Of a stretch of DNA of 64,000 bases, positions 27,502 to 37,264 are shown one piece after another. The notes beneath the pieces were generated by a model that ran no database searches, was not told the origin of the DNA, and saw only the letters and a list, made by a program, of their open reading frames with translations. Within the stretch, counting starts at the first letter, position 1; each line of letters begins with the position of its first letter. Origin of the DNA: Candidatus Cloacimonadota bacterium (GTDB lineage: Bacteria > Cloacimonadota > Cloacimonadia > G963667145); the NCBI GenBank assembly GCA_963676515.1, contig OY781061.1:1377777-1441776 (forward strand). The letters are read 5' to 3'. The position numbers were made by a program, and so were the translations under genes.

Positions 27502-29412
27502 ATGGGTCTTAGTATAGCACAAAAAATAGTTAAAGAGCATATGGAACAAGGGCAAGCTGCCGTGGGACAAGAGGTTGCCTTGCGGATAGATCAGACTCTC
27601 ACTCAGGACGCTACAGGCACTGCTGCTTATCTGCAGTTTGAGGCAATGGGAGTGAGACGAGTGCAAACCGAGCTTTCCGTGAGCTATGTCGATCACAACA
27701 CGATACAGTCTGATTTTCGCAACGCTGACGACCATCGTTATTTGCAGTCGATAGCTGCCAAGTATGGGCTATATTTCTCTCGTCCGGGCAATGGCATCTG
27801 TCATCAGGTGCATTTGGAGCGGTTCGCTGTGCCGGGCAAGACATTGATTGGTTCCGACTCGCATACGCCCACGGCAGGCGGTGTGGGAGCTTTGGCAATG
27901 GGTGCAGGAGGTTTGGATGTGGCGATGGCAATGGCAGGAGAGTGCTTTATTATTAAGTATCCTAAAGTGATGGGAGTAGAGCTCACAGGGAAATTGCCAG
28001 ACTGGGTGAGTGCCAAAGATGTGATACTGGAGGTGCTCCGCAGGATAGATGTCAAAGGCGGTGTGGGCTACATTATCGAATATTTTGGTGATGGTGTAAA
28101 GACGCTCAGCGTGCCAGATAGAGCCACGATTACCAATATGGGCACGGAAACAGGTTGCACCACTTCGATTTTTCCATCCGACGAGTTGACGAGAGAGTTT
28201 TTGATGGCACAAGGCAGAGGCGAGCAATGGCGAGAGCTTTTGCCCGATGCGGATGTGAAATACGACAAGGTCATTAGCATTGATATGACTCAGCTGGAGC
28301 CTTTGGCGGCTTGTCCGCATAGTCCTGGGTTGGTCAAGCCTGTGCGAGAGTTAGCAGGGATGAGCGTGCAGCAAGTGGGCATTGGCTCGTGCACTAACTC
28401 TTCTTTGCGAGATCTGTCGGTAGTGGCTGATGTGTTGGCTGGCAAGACGATAAGTGCCGATTTGCACTTGGTAGTGAACCCCGGCAGTCGTCAGGTGCTG
28501 GATCATTTGATAGATGATGGTAAATTTTCGGCTATAGTCCGCAGTGGAGCGAGGATAATGGAAAACGCTTGTGGTGCTTGCATCGGTATGGGTGCTGCTC
28601 CTTCTAGTGGGGCGGTGAGTGTGCGAACCTACAACCGTAACTTTTTCGGCAGAAGCGGAACAAAAGATGCACAGGTCTATCTGGTGTCGCCTGAGACAGC
28701 GGTGGCTACTGCTCTCAAAGGTAAATTTACCGACCCGAGAACTTTGGCTGTTGATTACCCGCAATTCAGTTTGCCAGAGCGGTTCAAGATTAACGATAAT
28801 ATGATAATTCCGCCTCAGTCGGGGGCAAATATAGAAATATTACGAGGACCTAACATCGTTGCATTGCCAGAGTTTACAGCGTTGCCAGCGAGTCTGACAG
28901 GCGAAGTGCTCCTCAAGCTGGAAGACAACATCACCACCGACCACATAATGCCAGCAGGGGCTAAGATTTTGCCGCTTCGCTCTAATATCCCTGAGATTTC
29001 TAAGTATGTGTTTGAGATGGTGGATGATACCTTTGCTGCTAGAGCTTTGCAGGTTCAAGGTGGATTTCTGCTCGCTGGGGAAAATTATGGACAAGGCTCT
29101 AGTCGTGAGCATGCGGCTCTGGCTCCCAAGTATCTGGGCGTAAAAGCGGTGATAGCGAAAAGTTTTGCTCGCATACATCTGGCGAATCTTATCAACTTTG
29201 GAATCGTTCCTTTAACTTTTGTAAATCCAGACGATTACGACAAGCTGGAGCAAGGCGAGGAAATATCTATTCAGATAAACAATCTCAAAGATGCGAAAAT
29301 TTATTTGCAAGCTGGCGAAAAAAAGATAGAGCTTTGCCACTCTTTGTCGCCTTTGGATGCAGAGATACTGAAAGCTGGTGGAAAGCTAGCTTGGGTAAAA
29401 GAGAAAAAATGA
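27502..29412 (+). CDS. aconitase-family hydratase (single-chain LeuC/LeuD-like, 636 aa)
   Basis: Fe-S ligand regions IGSDSHT, GSCTNSS, CGACIGM; C-terminal swivel-like region (GENYGQGSSREHAA). ATG 27502 chosen (RBS ggagaaaag) over ORF-track 27478. Confidence 0.8.
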   Translation: MGLSIAQKIVKEHMEQGQAAVGQEVALRIDQTLTQDATGTAAYLQFEAMGVRRVQTELSVSYVDHNTIQSDFRNADDHRYLQSIAAKYGLYFSRPGNGICHQVHLERFAVPGKTLIGSDSHTPTAGGVGALAMGAGGLDVAMAMAGECFIIKYPKVMGVELTGKLPDWVSAKDVILEVLRRIDVKGGVGYIIEYFGDGVKTLSVPDRATITNMGTETGCTTSIFPSDELTREFLMAQGRGEQWRELLPDADVKYDKVISIDMTQLEPLAACPHSPGLVKPVRELAGMSVQQVGIGSCTNSSLRDLSVVADVLAGKTISADLHLVVNPGSRQVLDHLIDDGKFSAIVRSGARIMENACGACIGMGAAPSSGAVSVRTYNRNFFGRSGTKDAQVYLVSPETAVATALKGKFTDPRTLAVDYPQFSLPERFKINDNMIIPPQSGANIEILRGPNIVALPEFTALPASLTGEVLLKLEDNITTDHIMPAGAKILPLRSNIPEISKYVFEMVDDTFAARALQVQGGFLLAGENYGQGSSREHAALAPKYLGVKAVIAKSFARIHLANLINFGIVPLTFVNPDDYDKLEQGEEISIQINNLKDAKIYLQAGEKKIELCHSLSPLDAEILKAGGKLAWVKEKK

Positions 29413-29870
29413 TGAAAAATAAAGAAGATAAAAATTTGTCGCCAAGAAATGAGATGGATTTCCTGCGGGAAGTGCTAAAAGACCCTTTTTATAGTCAAGT
29501 GTACACGATGCTTAAAGCTGATTTTCAAGCAATTTATACACATTCCCAAGGCATTATGGGGCTTGCCACGATTTGTCTTACAATTACAGGATTTTCTGGT
29601 CCAAGGATAGCGGCGTCCAGTGTATTTTCTCGCTTTAGCATCGCCATAGGTTTGGCACTGGTGATACTGTCCGTCTTTTTTTTGCTCTTGGGTCCTATCT
29701 ATCCCAAATGGATGAGCAACCTCAAAGGTCTGGAATTGCAACGAGTTTTTTCTATTTACTTCCAGCGACGAGATTCTCGCACTTTCAAATACAGGTTGGC
29801 TTTGGTTACTTTGGTGATTGGGCTTAGTTTTTATGTGGCGAGCGTGATTGGTTATTTGCTGTCGCTATAG
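29409..29870 (+). CDS. hypothetical membrane protein (~153 aa), start overlapping the aconitase stop (ATGATGA)
   Basis: ORF track frame 29334..29870; the internal ATG at 29409 overlaps the upstream TGA; 3-4 TM segments. Confidence 0.5.
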   Translation: MMKNKEDKNLSPRNEMDFLREVLKDPFYSQVYTMLKADFQAIYTHSQGIMGLATICLTITGFSGPRIAASSVFSRFSIAIGLALVILSVFFLLLGPIYPKWMSNLKGLELQRVFSIYFQRRDSRTFKYRLALVTLVIGLSFYVASVIGYLLSL

Positions 29871-29923
29871 ACATTATATTTCAAAAATCAGGAAAAGGAA
29901 AAAATAATAGAAAGGTAGAGATA

Positions 29924-31201
29924 ATGAAAGAACTGATTTTGGAACTTTTAAGACAAGAGGTGAAACCAGCAATGGGTTGTACTGAGCCAATAGCTGTGGC
30001 TTTAGCGGCTGCTAAAGTGAGGGAATTTTGCGATTCTGACGAATTTGACAAGATGCAGATAATTCTTAGTGCAAACATTTTCAAAAATGGATTGGCTGTG
30101 GGGATACCTCACACAAATTTTACAGGACTCGATGTAGCAGGTTTGGTTGGATATTGGCAGGGAAATGCGAACGCTGGCTTGGAGGTTTTGGCAGATGTAG
30201 ATGAAAGCAAACTCCCAGAGTTTAGCAAATTTTTGCCGAAAGTAGAAGTGAGTATCGCCGATACAGAGCAAAAGGTTTTCGTGCAGATCATTGTCGAGGC
30301 GAAGGGCAAGAAGTGTCAGGCGACTATTCAGGAGTTGCACGATAATTTTACAGATTATGGTCCAGTGGAAGATTTGGTGGTGCTACAAGTGGTGGACAAG
30401 AGCAGCCAAAGCACTCCGAATAAATTTGCCAAGATTTTCGCTCTGGATGTCTACGAGATAATCCAAGAGGTAGAAAAAATACCCACAGAAGAGATTCTCT
30501 TTATGTTGGACGGTGCGAGGATGAACGAAGCGGTGGCAAAAATGGGGCTGGAAAAGAAAATGGGAATGGGAGTGGGTTACACCATCAAGGAGTTGGTCGC
30601 AGAAGGCAGGATCGGCAATCACTTACCGACGATTGCCTCTCAGCTGACGGCAGCTGCTGCGGATGTGCGGATGTCGGGAGCAGATGTGCCAGTGATGAGC
30701 TCTAATGGCAGTGGTAACAACGGTCTGACGGCGATTTTGCCGCTGGTGGCATACGCCAAGATATATCACCCCAGTGACGAAGATTTAGCCAAAGCGATAG
30801 CCATCTCGCATCTGGTGAACTCCTATGTGAAAAACAGTATTGGTAGATTATCGCCGATTTGTTCGTGTGGAGTGTCCGCGGGAGCTTCTAGCTCGGCTGG
30901 CTTGGTGTGGTTGATGGGTGGCGACAGAGAGCAAATCGAGGGAGCTGTGAAAAATGTGTTTGGTAATGTAGCTGGGATGCTCTGCGACGGAGCGAAAGAC
31001 GGCTGTGCTCTCAAACTTTCCACAGCTGCTTATTTTTCGGTAGCCAGTGCACTTTTTGCGAGCAAGGGAACTATCATCAAAGCTGGTGATGGCATCATCG
31101 CCCAAACTCTGGAAGAGACTATCCATAATCTGGGCAGAGTCAGCAAAGAGGGGCTGTATCCCGCTGATATGGCGATGATCGATGTGATGAGAAAAAATTG
31201 A
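29924..31201 (+). CDS. UPF0597 / L-cysteine desulfidase (YhaM/CyuA-like, serine dehydratase-like fold)
   Basis: EVKPAMGCTEPIAVALAAA and MSSNGSGNNGLTAILP match conserved blocks of the YhaM family. Confidence 0.8.
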   Translation: MKELILELLRQEVKPAMGCTEPIAVALAAAKVREFCDSDEFDKMQIILSANIFKNGLAVGIPHTNFTGLDVAGLVGYWQGNANAGLEVLADVDESKLPEFSKFLPKVEVSIADTEQKVFVQIIVEAKGKKCQATIQELHDNFTDYGPVEDLVVLQVVDKSSQSTPNKFAKIFALDVYEIIQEVEKIPTEEILFMLDGARMNEAVAKMGLEKKMGMGVGYTIKELVAEGRIGNHLPTIASQLTAAAADVRMSGADVPVMSSNGSGNNGLTAILPLVAYAKIYHPSDEDLAKAIAISHLVNSYVKNSIGRLSPICSCGVSAGASSSAGLVWLMGGDREQIEGAVKNVFGNVAGMLCDGAKDGCALKLSTAAYFSVASALFASKGTIIKAGDGIIAQTLEETIHNLGRVSKEGLYPADMAMIDVMRKN

Positions 31202-31215
31202 GGGATACGAAACAT

Positions 31216-31623
31216 ATGACGATTGTGGATAATAAACTAAGCAAGTTAGTTAGCTTTTTGAATAATAAACCGAAAGAAAAATTTAAGGTTGATTGCGTTT
31301 TAATCGATTTTGCTAAGATTGCCCAGATTAAACAAGAGGAAGAGGGTTCTAGCTCTTGGGCTAAAAGAGAGTTGAGCGACGAAGAGCGAAAAGCTTGTTT
31401 TCGGGAGAAACTGTCTTGCAAGTGTAAGAAATATACTGTGCATTTTACTCGGAAGTTCAAGTATGTTGAAATTGAGAAAGAAGAGCAAAAAATAAGAGTT
31501 TATCGAGAAGGGTTGCATCTGGGAAAAATGCAGGATCTTGCTGAGCTTATGCCCCGAGAAGGTGATGATTGGGTGGTAGCCAAGTTGCTCGATTGGGGAA
31601 TTGCGACGAAAAAGAAATGGTGA
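31216..31623 (+). CDS. hypothetical protein (~135 aa), Lys/Glu-rich
   Basis: ORF track frame 31198..31623; ATG 31216 has RBS GAGGGA 8 nt upstream. Confidence 0.45.
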   Translation: MTIVDNKLSKLVSFLNNKPKEKFKVDCVLIDFAKIAQIKQEEEGSSSWAKRELSDEERKACFREKLSCKCKKYTVHFTRKFKYVEIEKEEQKIRVYREGLHLGKMQDLAELMPREGDDWVVAKLLDWGIATKKKW

Positions 31624-31659
31624 TGAGTGGGAATGGAAAATTAAGGAAAGAAAACAAAA

Positions 31660-32040
31660 ATGACAGAGAAGAAATTATTTAAGATATTTAAAAATAAGTA
31701 TAATGAGAAAACTGGAGTCTTAGAAGGAATTTTAACTTCAAAATATAAGATTAAAAAAGTTGAAAAATTAGTAACCGAAAAACCTGATAAACTCAAGTTT
31801 GAAAACGCAGAAGAAATTGAAATTGAAATTGAAGAGTATATAAGATGGATATACCTTGAAAAAGATAAAGTAAATTTTGTGGAATATTTTGTATGTAAAC
31901 TTACTAATGAAACAAAGCTGATTCATCTTCATGGAAGTGCATCTGAACCAACCGATTTTACTCTTGGTGATGTTAAGGAAGTTTATAGGTTTTGTGAAGA
32001 TAGTGTGATAGAAGAATTAACTCCTGAGGAGCAAAAGTAG
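31660..32040 (+). CDS. hypothetical protein (126 aa) in a markedly AT-rich insertion
   Basis: ORF track; roughly 30% GC by eye versus ~45% in the flanking icd. Confidence 0.45.
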   Translation: MTEKKLFKIFKNKYNEKTGVLEGILTSKYKIKKVEKLVTEKPDKLKFENAEEIEIEIEEYIRWIYLEKDKVNFVEYFVCKLTNETKLIHLHGSASEPTDFTLGDVKEVYRFCEDSVIEELTPEEQK

Positions 32041-33261
32041 ATGAAAAAAATACAGATGCAAAATCCAATCGTGGAGATGGATGGCGATGAGATGACCCGT
32101 GTGGTGTGGCCGATGATCAAAGATATTTTGCTCAAGCCCTTCGTGGAGCTGAAGACGGAGTATTATGACCTGCACATCAAGAATCGGGACGACACCGACG
32201 ACAAGGTGACACTAGCTGCGGCGGCAGCGATGAAGGTGCACAAAGTGGGGGTGAAGAACGCCACGATTACGCCTAACGCTGCCAGAGTGCAAGAGTACGA
32301 CCTGAAAAAGATGTGGAAGAGTCCCAATGGCACGATTCGGGCTATTTTGGACGGCACGGTGTTTCGTCAGCCGATCATCGTCAAAAATGTGCGACCATTC
32401 GTGAGAAATTGGCAGAAGCCGATTATTATCGGCAGACACGCTTACGGCGATGTTTATAAGAACGCAGAGATATTTGTAGACACTCCGGGCAAAGCAGAGC
32501 TGGTGTTCACGGATGACAAAGGGAACGAGACTCGTAAGGAGATAGCCAGCTTCGATGGCAGCTCTACGGGCGTTTTGCAAGGGATGCACAATCTTACGGC
32601 ATCGATTACTTCTTTTGCCAAGAGCTGCTTCGAGTATGCTCTGGACCAAAAAGTCGATTTGTGGTTCTCCAGCAAAGACACGATTTCCAAGATTTATGAT
32701 CACCATTTTATGGATGTGTTCGCCGATTTGTATGAAAAAGATTACCAGCAAAAGTTCGCTGCAGCGGGGATAGAGTATCGCTATTTCCTCATAGACGGAG
32801 CGATAGCCAAGATTATGCAATGCAAAGGTGGACTGCTATGGGCGTGCAAGAATTACGATGGCGATGTGATGAGCGATATGCTCGCCTCCAGCTATGGCTC
32901 TTTGGCGATGATGAGTTCTGTCTTGGTTTCACCTTACGGCTATTTCCTCTACGATGCGGCACATGGCACGGTGCAAGACCTTTATTATCAACATCTTAAA
33001 GGCGAGGAGGTGTCCATCAATTCTACAGCTTTGATTTTTGCTTGGAGCGGAGCTTTGGGCAAAAGAGGAGAGATGGATGGTAACAAGGAGCTGGTGAGAT
33101 TTGCCAAGAAGTTGGAGAAAGCGACGGTGAGCACGATAGAAGCAGGTTTGATGACGGGAGAGTTGGCGATGTTTGCGACGCCTAAGCCAGAGAAAATCGT
33201 TACAGGGGAAGAATTTTTGCAAGAGATAGGCAAAAGGTTGAAATCGCTTTTAGATGCCTAA
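32041..33261 (+). CDS. icd: NADP-dependent isocitrate dehydrogenase (eukaryotic-type homodimeric IDH, ~406 aa)
   Basis: Colinear with human IDH1 by eye: VEMDGDEMTR, KSPNGTIR, IIGRHAYGD, WACKNYDGDV.SD, AAHGTV. Confidence 0.93.
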   Translation: MKKIQMQNPIVEMDGDEMTRVVWPMIKDILLKPFVELKTEYYDLHIKNRDDTDDKVTLAAAAAMKVHKVGVKNATITPNAARVQEYDLKKMWKSPNGTIRAILDGTVFRQPIIVKNVRPFVRNWQKPIIIGRHAYGDVYKNAEIFVDTPGKAELVFTDDKGNETRKEIASFDGSSTGVLQGMHNLTASITSFAKSCFEYALDQKVDLWFSSKDTISKIYDHHFMDVFADLYEKDYQQKFAAAGIEYRYFLIDGAIAKIMQCKGGLLWACKNYDGDVMSDMLASSYGSLAMMSSVLVSPYGYFLYDAAHGTVQDLYYQHLKGEEVSINSTALIFAWSGALGKRGEMDGNKELVRFAKKLEKATVSTIEAGLMTGELAMFATPKPEKIVTGEEFLQEIGKRLKSLLDA

Positions 33262-34102
33262 CGAACTTTTCGAGACAGTTCCCAATGTGTCTGAAGGCAG
33301 AGATAGTGCCAAGATAGAGAGATTTGCTCAGGCGATAAAATCTGGCGGAGTCAGGCTCTTGGACTATTCGGCGGATGCAGATCATAACCGCTCGGTCTAT
33401 ACGCTGGTGGGCACGAGAGCCCAACTCAGGCAATCACTGCTCAATCTGACAGAGCAGGCGGTAAAGCTGATAGACATGCGAAATCATAGCGGAGTGCACC
33501 CTTGTGTGGGGGCTTTGGATGTTTTGCCTATCATTCCCTTGCAAAATACAAATTTGGCACAAGCCAAAGATTTTGCTCTGCAGATGGCGAATTTGCTCTG
33601 GGAAAGATTTTCGCTACCATCTTTGCTATACGATTATCAAAAGTGCGGAAACAGACTAGCCGACTTTCGCAAGCATGGTTTGGCTGGACTTAGCAGATGC
33701 AAATTTGATGTGGGAAATAGACCTCATCCCACGGCTGGAGCGGTGGCTATCGCTGCTAGAGATTTTTTGATAGCTTACAATGTCAATTTGCTCGGAGGCG
33801 ATATTCGTCTTGCTCGGCAAATTGCTCGTGCTATTCGTGAGAGCAGTGGTGGTTTCTCGGGAGTCAAAGCTCTGGGGCTCTATCTGCCAGAGCAAAATAA
33901 AGTGCAAGTTTCGATGAATATTACCGACTATCGGAAAACGCCTCCGCGAAAAGTTTATGATAAAATAGCTGAGCTGGTCGGAGGACTGGGCGTAGTCTTG
34001 GAATCGGAATTGATAGGGCTGATGCCTAGTGATGCTCTTAGCGATGAGGATTATGTGGTGATGGGTTTGGAAGAGGAAATGGCGAAAAAAATCCAAGTAT
34101 AA
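33254..34102 (+). CDS. glutamate formimidoyltransferase (FtcD N-terminal formiminotransferase domain only)
   Basis: N-terminus ...VPNVSEGRD... matches the formiminotransferase signature; 282 aa; 8-nt overlap with icd. Confidence 0.75.
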   Translation: MPNELFETVPNVSEGRDSAKIERFAQAIKSGGVRLLDYSADADHNRSVYTLVGTRAQLRQSLLNLTEQAVKLIDMRNHSGVHPCVGALDVLPIIPLQNTNLAQAKDFALQMANLLWERFSLPSLLYDYQKCGNRLADFRKHGLAGLSRCKFDVGNRPHPTAGAVAIAARDFLIAYNVNLLGGDIRLARQIARAIRESSGGFSGVKALGLYLPEQNKVQVSMNITDYRKTPPRKVYDKIAELVGGLGVVLESELIGLMPSDALSDEDYVVMGLEEEMAKKIQV

Positions 34103-34233
34103 AATTTCTCAAAACAAATAATCTTGATATCTTTTGGCAGTCGCAGAGAAAGAGTGCCAAAAAAATTGACAAAATAATCTCCTCTTCAAATTTGGGTTTT
34201 AAAATCAATTAATTTAGAAGAAAGGAGATATTT

Positions 34234-36015
34234 ATGTCTAAAGGGAAGTTATCGATTCATACGGAAAATATTTTTCCGATTATCAAAAAATGGCTTTATT
34301 CTGAGCATGACATTTTCTTGAGAGAGCTTATCGCCAATGCGATAGATGCATTGTCCAAAAGAGAGACTCTGGACAAGAAAGCTAAGAAGAAAGATCTGAA
34401 AGTGAAAATCGAAGTTGATAAAGAGCAAAAATGCTTGCGGGTGATAGATAGTGGTGTGGGGATGAGTGCCGATGAGATCAAAAAGTATATTAATCAGATA
34501 GCTTTTTCTGGTGCGGAAGATTTTGTCGATAAATACAAAGACAAAGATATTATCGGTCATTTTGGGTTAGGATTTTATTCCAGCTTTATGGTGGCGGACA
34601 AGGTGACTATCGATTCTTTGTCTTATCAGGATGATGCTCAGCCTGCTGCGTGGGAGTGTGAGGGTCAGACCGATTACAAAATGAGTGCAGGTAAACGCCA
34701 AGAGGTGGGGACTACGGTTACCATTTATCTGAATAGCGACAGCAAAGATTATTTGGAGAGCTATAAGATAAAAGAGATCTTGGACAAATATTGCACTTTT
34801 ATGCCTTATCCGATAGAGTTCGACGGCAAGGTGGTCAACCAAAAAGAACCTTTGTGGGAAAAAGATCCCAAGAAAGTAAAAGATGCAGAGTATAAAGAGT
34901 TCTACAAAGAGTATTTTAACGATTGGCAAGAGCCTTTGTTTTGGATACATCTGAATGTCGATTATCCTTTCAATCTTAAAGGTATTTTGTATTTTCCCAA
35001 ATTAAATGTGCACTCGATGCAAAACACAGGGATGGTAAAGCTCTTTTGTAATAGGGTTTTTGTGGCTGATAATGTGAAGGAGCTTTTGCCAGAGTTCCTC
35101 TTATTGCTAAAAGGTGGCATAGATATTCCAGATATCCCACTGAATGTCTCCAGGAGCTTTTTGCAACACGATAAGCAGGTGCAAAAGATTACGGGTTACA
35201 TTATTAAGAAGATAGCTGATGAGCTGAAAAGGGTGTTTAACAAGGATCGTGAAGGTTACCAAAAAATATGGGGAGATATCCAAAAGTATGTGAAATATGG
35301 TGTTCTTACTCAGGAAAAGTTCTTTGACGCTTGTAAAGATGTTGTTTTATTCCAGACCACAGAAAGTAAGTGGTTTACTTTGCCAGAGCTATTGGTGGAG
35401 CAGACCGAGGAAAAGAAGAAAGTGTTTTACTCCACAGATGCTCATTCGCCTTACATAGATGTGCTGGTAGCAGAAGGGAAGAAGGTTCTTTTGGCAGACG
35501 AAGTGCTGGACAATCATCTTTTCCAAAAATACGAGATGAGCGATACCAATTTGAGCTTTACGCGGGTGGATGCACAGGTGTCGGAGAGCATGGTGGATAC
35601 TCAGAGCGTGGAAGAGATAGATGAGGATGGCAAAGGTGCTTCGGACAAGATTAAAGAGATATTTGAAAAGCAGATAAATGATAAGAAAGTCCAAGTGAAG
35701 GTGCAGGCACTCAAGATGAAAGATGTGCCGGCGATGATCGTTTTCGATGAGCAGATGCGTCGCTTTATGGAGATGAATGCGACTATCGGGCAGAGCGAAG
35801 ATAATTTGCCCATCACAGGCTATGAGTTGGTGATCAATATGAACAACAGCCTGATAAAAAAACTGAGTAAGATGGACAGTAAAAAAGATAATGAGAAGAT
35901 AAAGCTTCTTTGCCTGTATGTGAACGACTTGGCTCTGATTAAGCAAAACAATTTTACCCCTAAGAGATTACAGGAGTTTGCTAGGATGAGTGCTCAGATT
36001 TTGGAGATGGTATAA
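34234..36015 (+). CDS. htpG: molecular chaperone HtpG (Hsp90)
   Basis: FLRELIANAIDA and DSGVGM (GHKL ATPase); 593 aa. Confidence 0.93.
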   Translation: MSKGKLSIHTENIFPIIKKWLYSEHDIFLRELIANAIDALSKRETLDKKAKKKDLKVKIEVDKEQKCLRVIDSGVGMSADEIKKYINQIAFSGAEDFVDKYKDKDIIGHFGLGFYSSFMVADKVTIDSLSYQDDAQPAAWECEGQTDYKMSAGKRQEVGTTVTIYLNSDSKDYLESYKIKEILDKYCTFMPYPIEFDGKVVNQKEPLWEKDPKKVKDAEYKEFYKEYFNDWQEPLFWIHLNVDYPFNLKGILYFPKLNVHSMQNTGMVKLFCNRVFVADNVKELLPEFLLLLKGGIDIPDIPLNVSRSFLQHDKQVQKITGYIIKKIADELKRVFNKDREGYQKIWGDIQKYVKYGVLTQEKFFDACKDVVLFQTTESKWFTLPELLVEQTEEKKKVFYSTDAHSPYIDVLVAEGKKVLLADEVLDNHLFQKYEMSDTNLSFTRVDAQVSESMVDTQSVEEIDEDGKGASDKIKEIFEKQINDKKVQVKVQALKMKDVPAMIVFDEQMRRFMEMNATIGQSEDNLPITGYELVINMNNSLIKKLSKMDSKKDNEKIKLLCLYVNDLALIKQNNFTPKRLQEFARMSAQILEMV

Positions 36016-36036
36016 TATTTGATTTGTGTAAATAGG

Positions 36037-36081
36037 AAAAGAGCCACCTTATTTTTAAAGTGGCTCTTTCTTTTTGTTTTT
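36037..36081. terminator. bidirectional rho-independent terminator between convergent htpG and the spy-like gene
   Basis: aaaagagccacc-ttattttta-aagtggctcttt followed by ctttttgttttt. Confidence 0.75.
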
Positions 36082-36084
36082 AGA

Positions 36085-36528
36085 TTATAACTTTGCTTTT
36101 TGTTCTTTTGTTAGCATGTCATAACTTTTTTTCATCATCTCGATTCTACTTTGTTCTATCTTACCTTCGAGTTCATTGATGTTTTTGGCGTTGCTTTTAG
36201 CTTTGCTGAAATCTTGATTTTTCAGATTAACTCTTTGGTCAATTTTGGCTTTTTGTACATCTGTGCGAAGGCTGAAAACTTCATCGCGATGAGCTTTATG
36301 GATTGCTTCCATTTTTTCTTTTTGCTCAGCGGTGAGTTCAATATTTTCGAACATACGAGGTCTTCTTCTTTCAAGTTTTTGACATTGGTCATCACATTGC
36401 TCAGATTTTTGCCTAAATTCGCCTTGTCTTTGAGGTCTTTTGCCTTCCATCTTACCATCTTTTGCTCCGAAAGCAAAACAAGTTGCACTTAGGCTAACGA
36501 TTACAAAAAATAAACATAATTTCTTCAT
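36085..36528 (-). CDS. Spy/CpxP-family periplasmic protein (LTXXQ motifs)
   Basis: Signal peptide; two LTXXQ motifs (LTAEQKEKM, LTKEQKAKL). Confidence 0.75.
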   Translation of the reverse strand: MKKLCLFFVIVSLSATCFAFGAKDGKMEGKRPQRQGEFRQKSEQCDDQCQKLERRRPRMFENIELTAEQKEKMEAIHKAHRDEVFSLRTDVQKAKIDQRVNLKNQDFSKAKSNAKNINELEGKIEQSRIEMMKKSYDMLTKEQKAKL

Positions 36529-36896
36529 TTTTCACTCCTTTTTTTTCCCTTTTCCTGAGTTTTATACTCTATTAAATATTCAATAAATTTTTCTTCTCTG
36601 TCGACGGTGATTTTGATCAAAGAGTCTTTGAGCATATCCATATCTTCTTTGCTGATATCTTCTTCTAGGAATTTGCAAATCAACCTATCTTTGGAACTGT
36701 TGGACTCTCGCATAACTTTCCTTAGATTATTTTTTTTACCATCCAAAAAATTTCTCAGAGATTCTCTTTTATGTTTTTTCATCTTCGGAGGACCCATAGG
36801 GGGGAATTTTTTTCTATTTTCGCAAGCCCTCGTAATAAAAATAATATTAAAAGCTAAAGAACAAAGCAATACGCCGTAAATGATCCATTTTTTCAT
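36525..36896 (-). CDS. hypothetical membrane-anchored protein (123 aa)
   Basis: ORF track; 4-nt overlaps with both neighbours. Confidence 0.5.
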   Translation of the reverse strand: MKKWIIYGVLLCSLAFNIIFITRACENRKKFPPMGPPKMKKHKRESLRNFLDGKKNNLRKVMRESNSSKDRLICKFLEEDISKEDMDMLKDSLIKITVDREEKFIEYLIEYKTQEKGKKRSEK

Positions 36897-37264
36897 AAGT
36901 TTTCCTCCAAGTAAGAGTATATTGAGTTGTTGGTTAAGTTGGTAGTAGAGTAGTCTTCAAAATAGTAGTTACCACTTATACTGCCTGCCACAGTGAAAAG
37001 CATAAAGCAGGCGGCGATAGTCATTTTTTGCCACCAAAGATGTCCAAATTCGTAAGATTTGTTGAGTCGATGGGAAACAAATTGCCATCCTCCGACGGGA
37101 GCTGAGACAAGTTTTGGTCTGCTTATTTTTGCCAAGTCTTGCAAAAATCTGAGTTTCTTTTGGCAACTTGGACAATTACTCAAGTGAGACACAAACTCTT
37201 TCCTTTTTTGCATATCTAACTCTTGATCATAAAATTTGTTTAGGTTTTGACAAATATTTTTCAT
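36893..37264 (-). CDS. anti-sigma factor, zf-HC2 type (one TM)
   Basis: HLSNCPSCQKKL (H-x3-C-x2-C) at the N-terminus; TM MTIAACFMLFTVAG; immediately downstream of the ECF sigma gene. Confidence 0.7.
   Translation of the reverse strand: MKNICQNLNKFYDQELDMQKRKEFVSHLSNCPSCQKKLRFLQDLAKISRPKLVSAPVGGWQFVSHRLNKSYEFGHLWWQKMTIAACFMLFTVAGSISGNYYFEDYSTTNLTNNSIYSYLEENL

Noticed and set aside
32212-32820. Long antisense ORFs inside well-supported genes (e.g. 202 aa inside icd; 185 aa at 35389..35946 inside htpG; 178 aa at 14703..15239 inside cstA; 177 aa at 25090..25623)
   Set aside because: They lie fully within strongly supported sense genes and have biased, low-complexity compositions; typical shadow ORFs.
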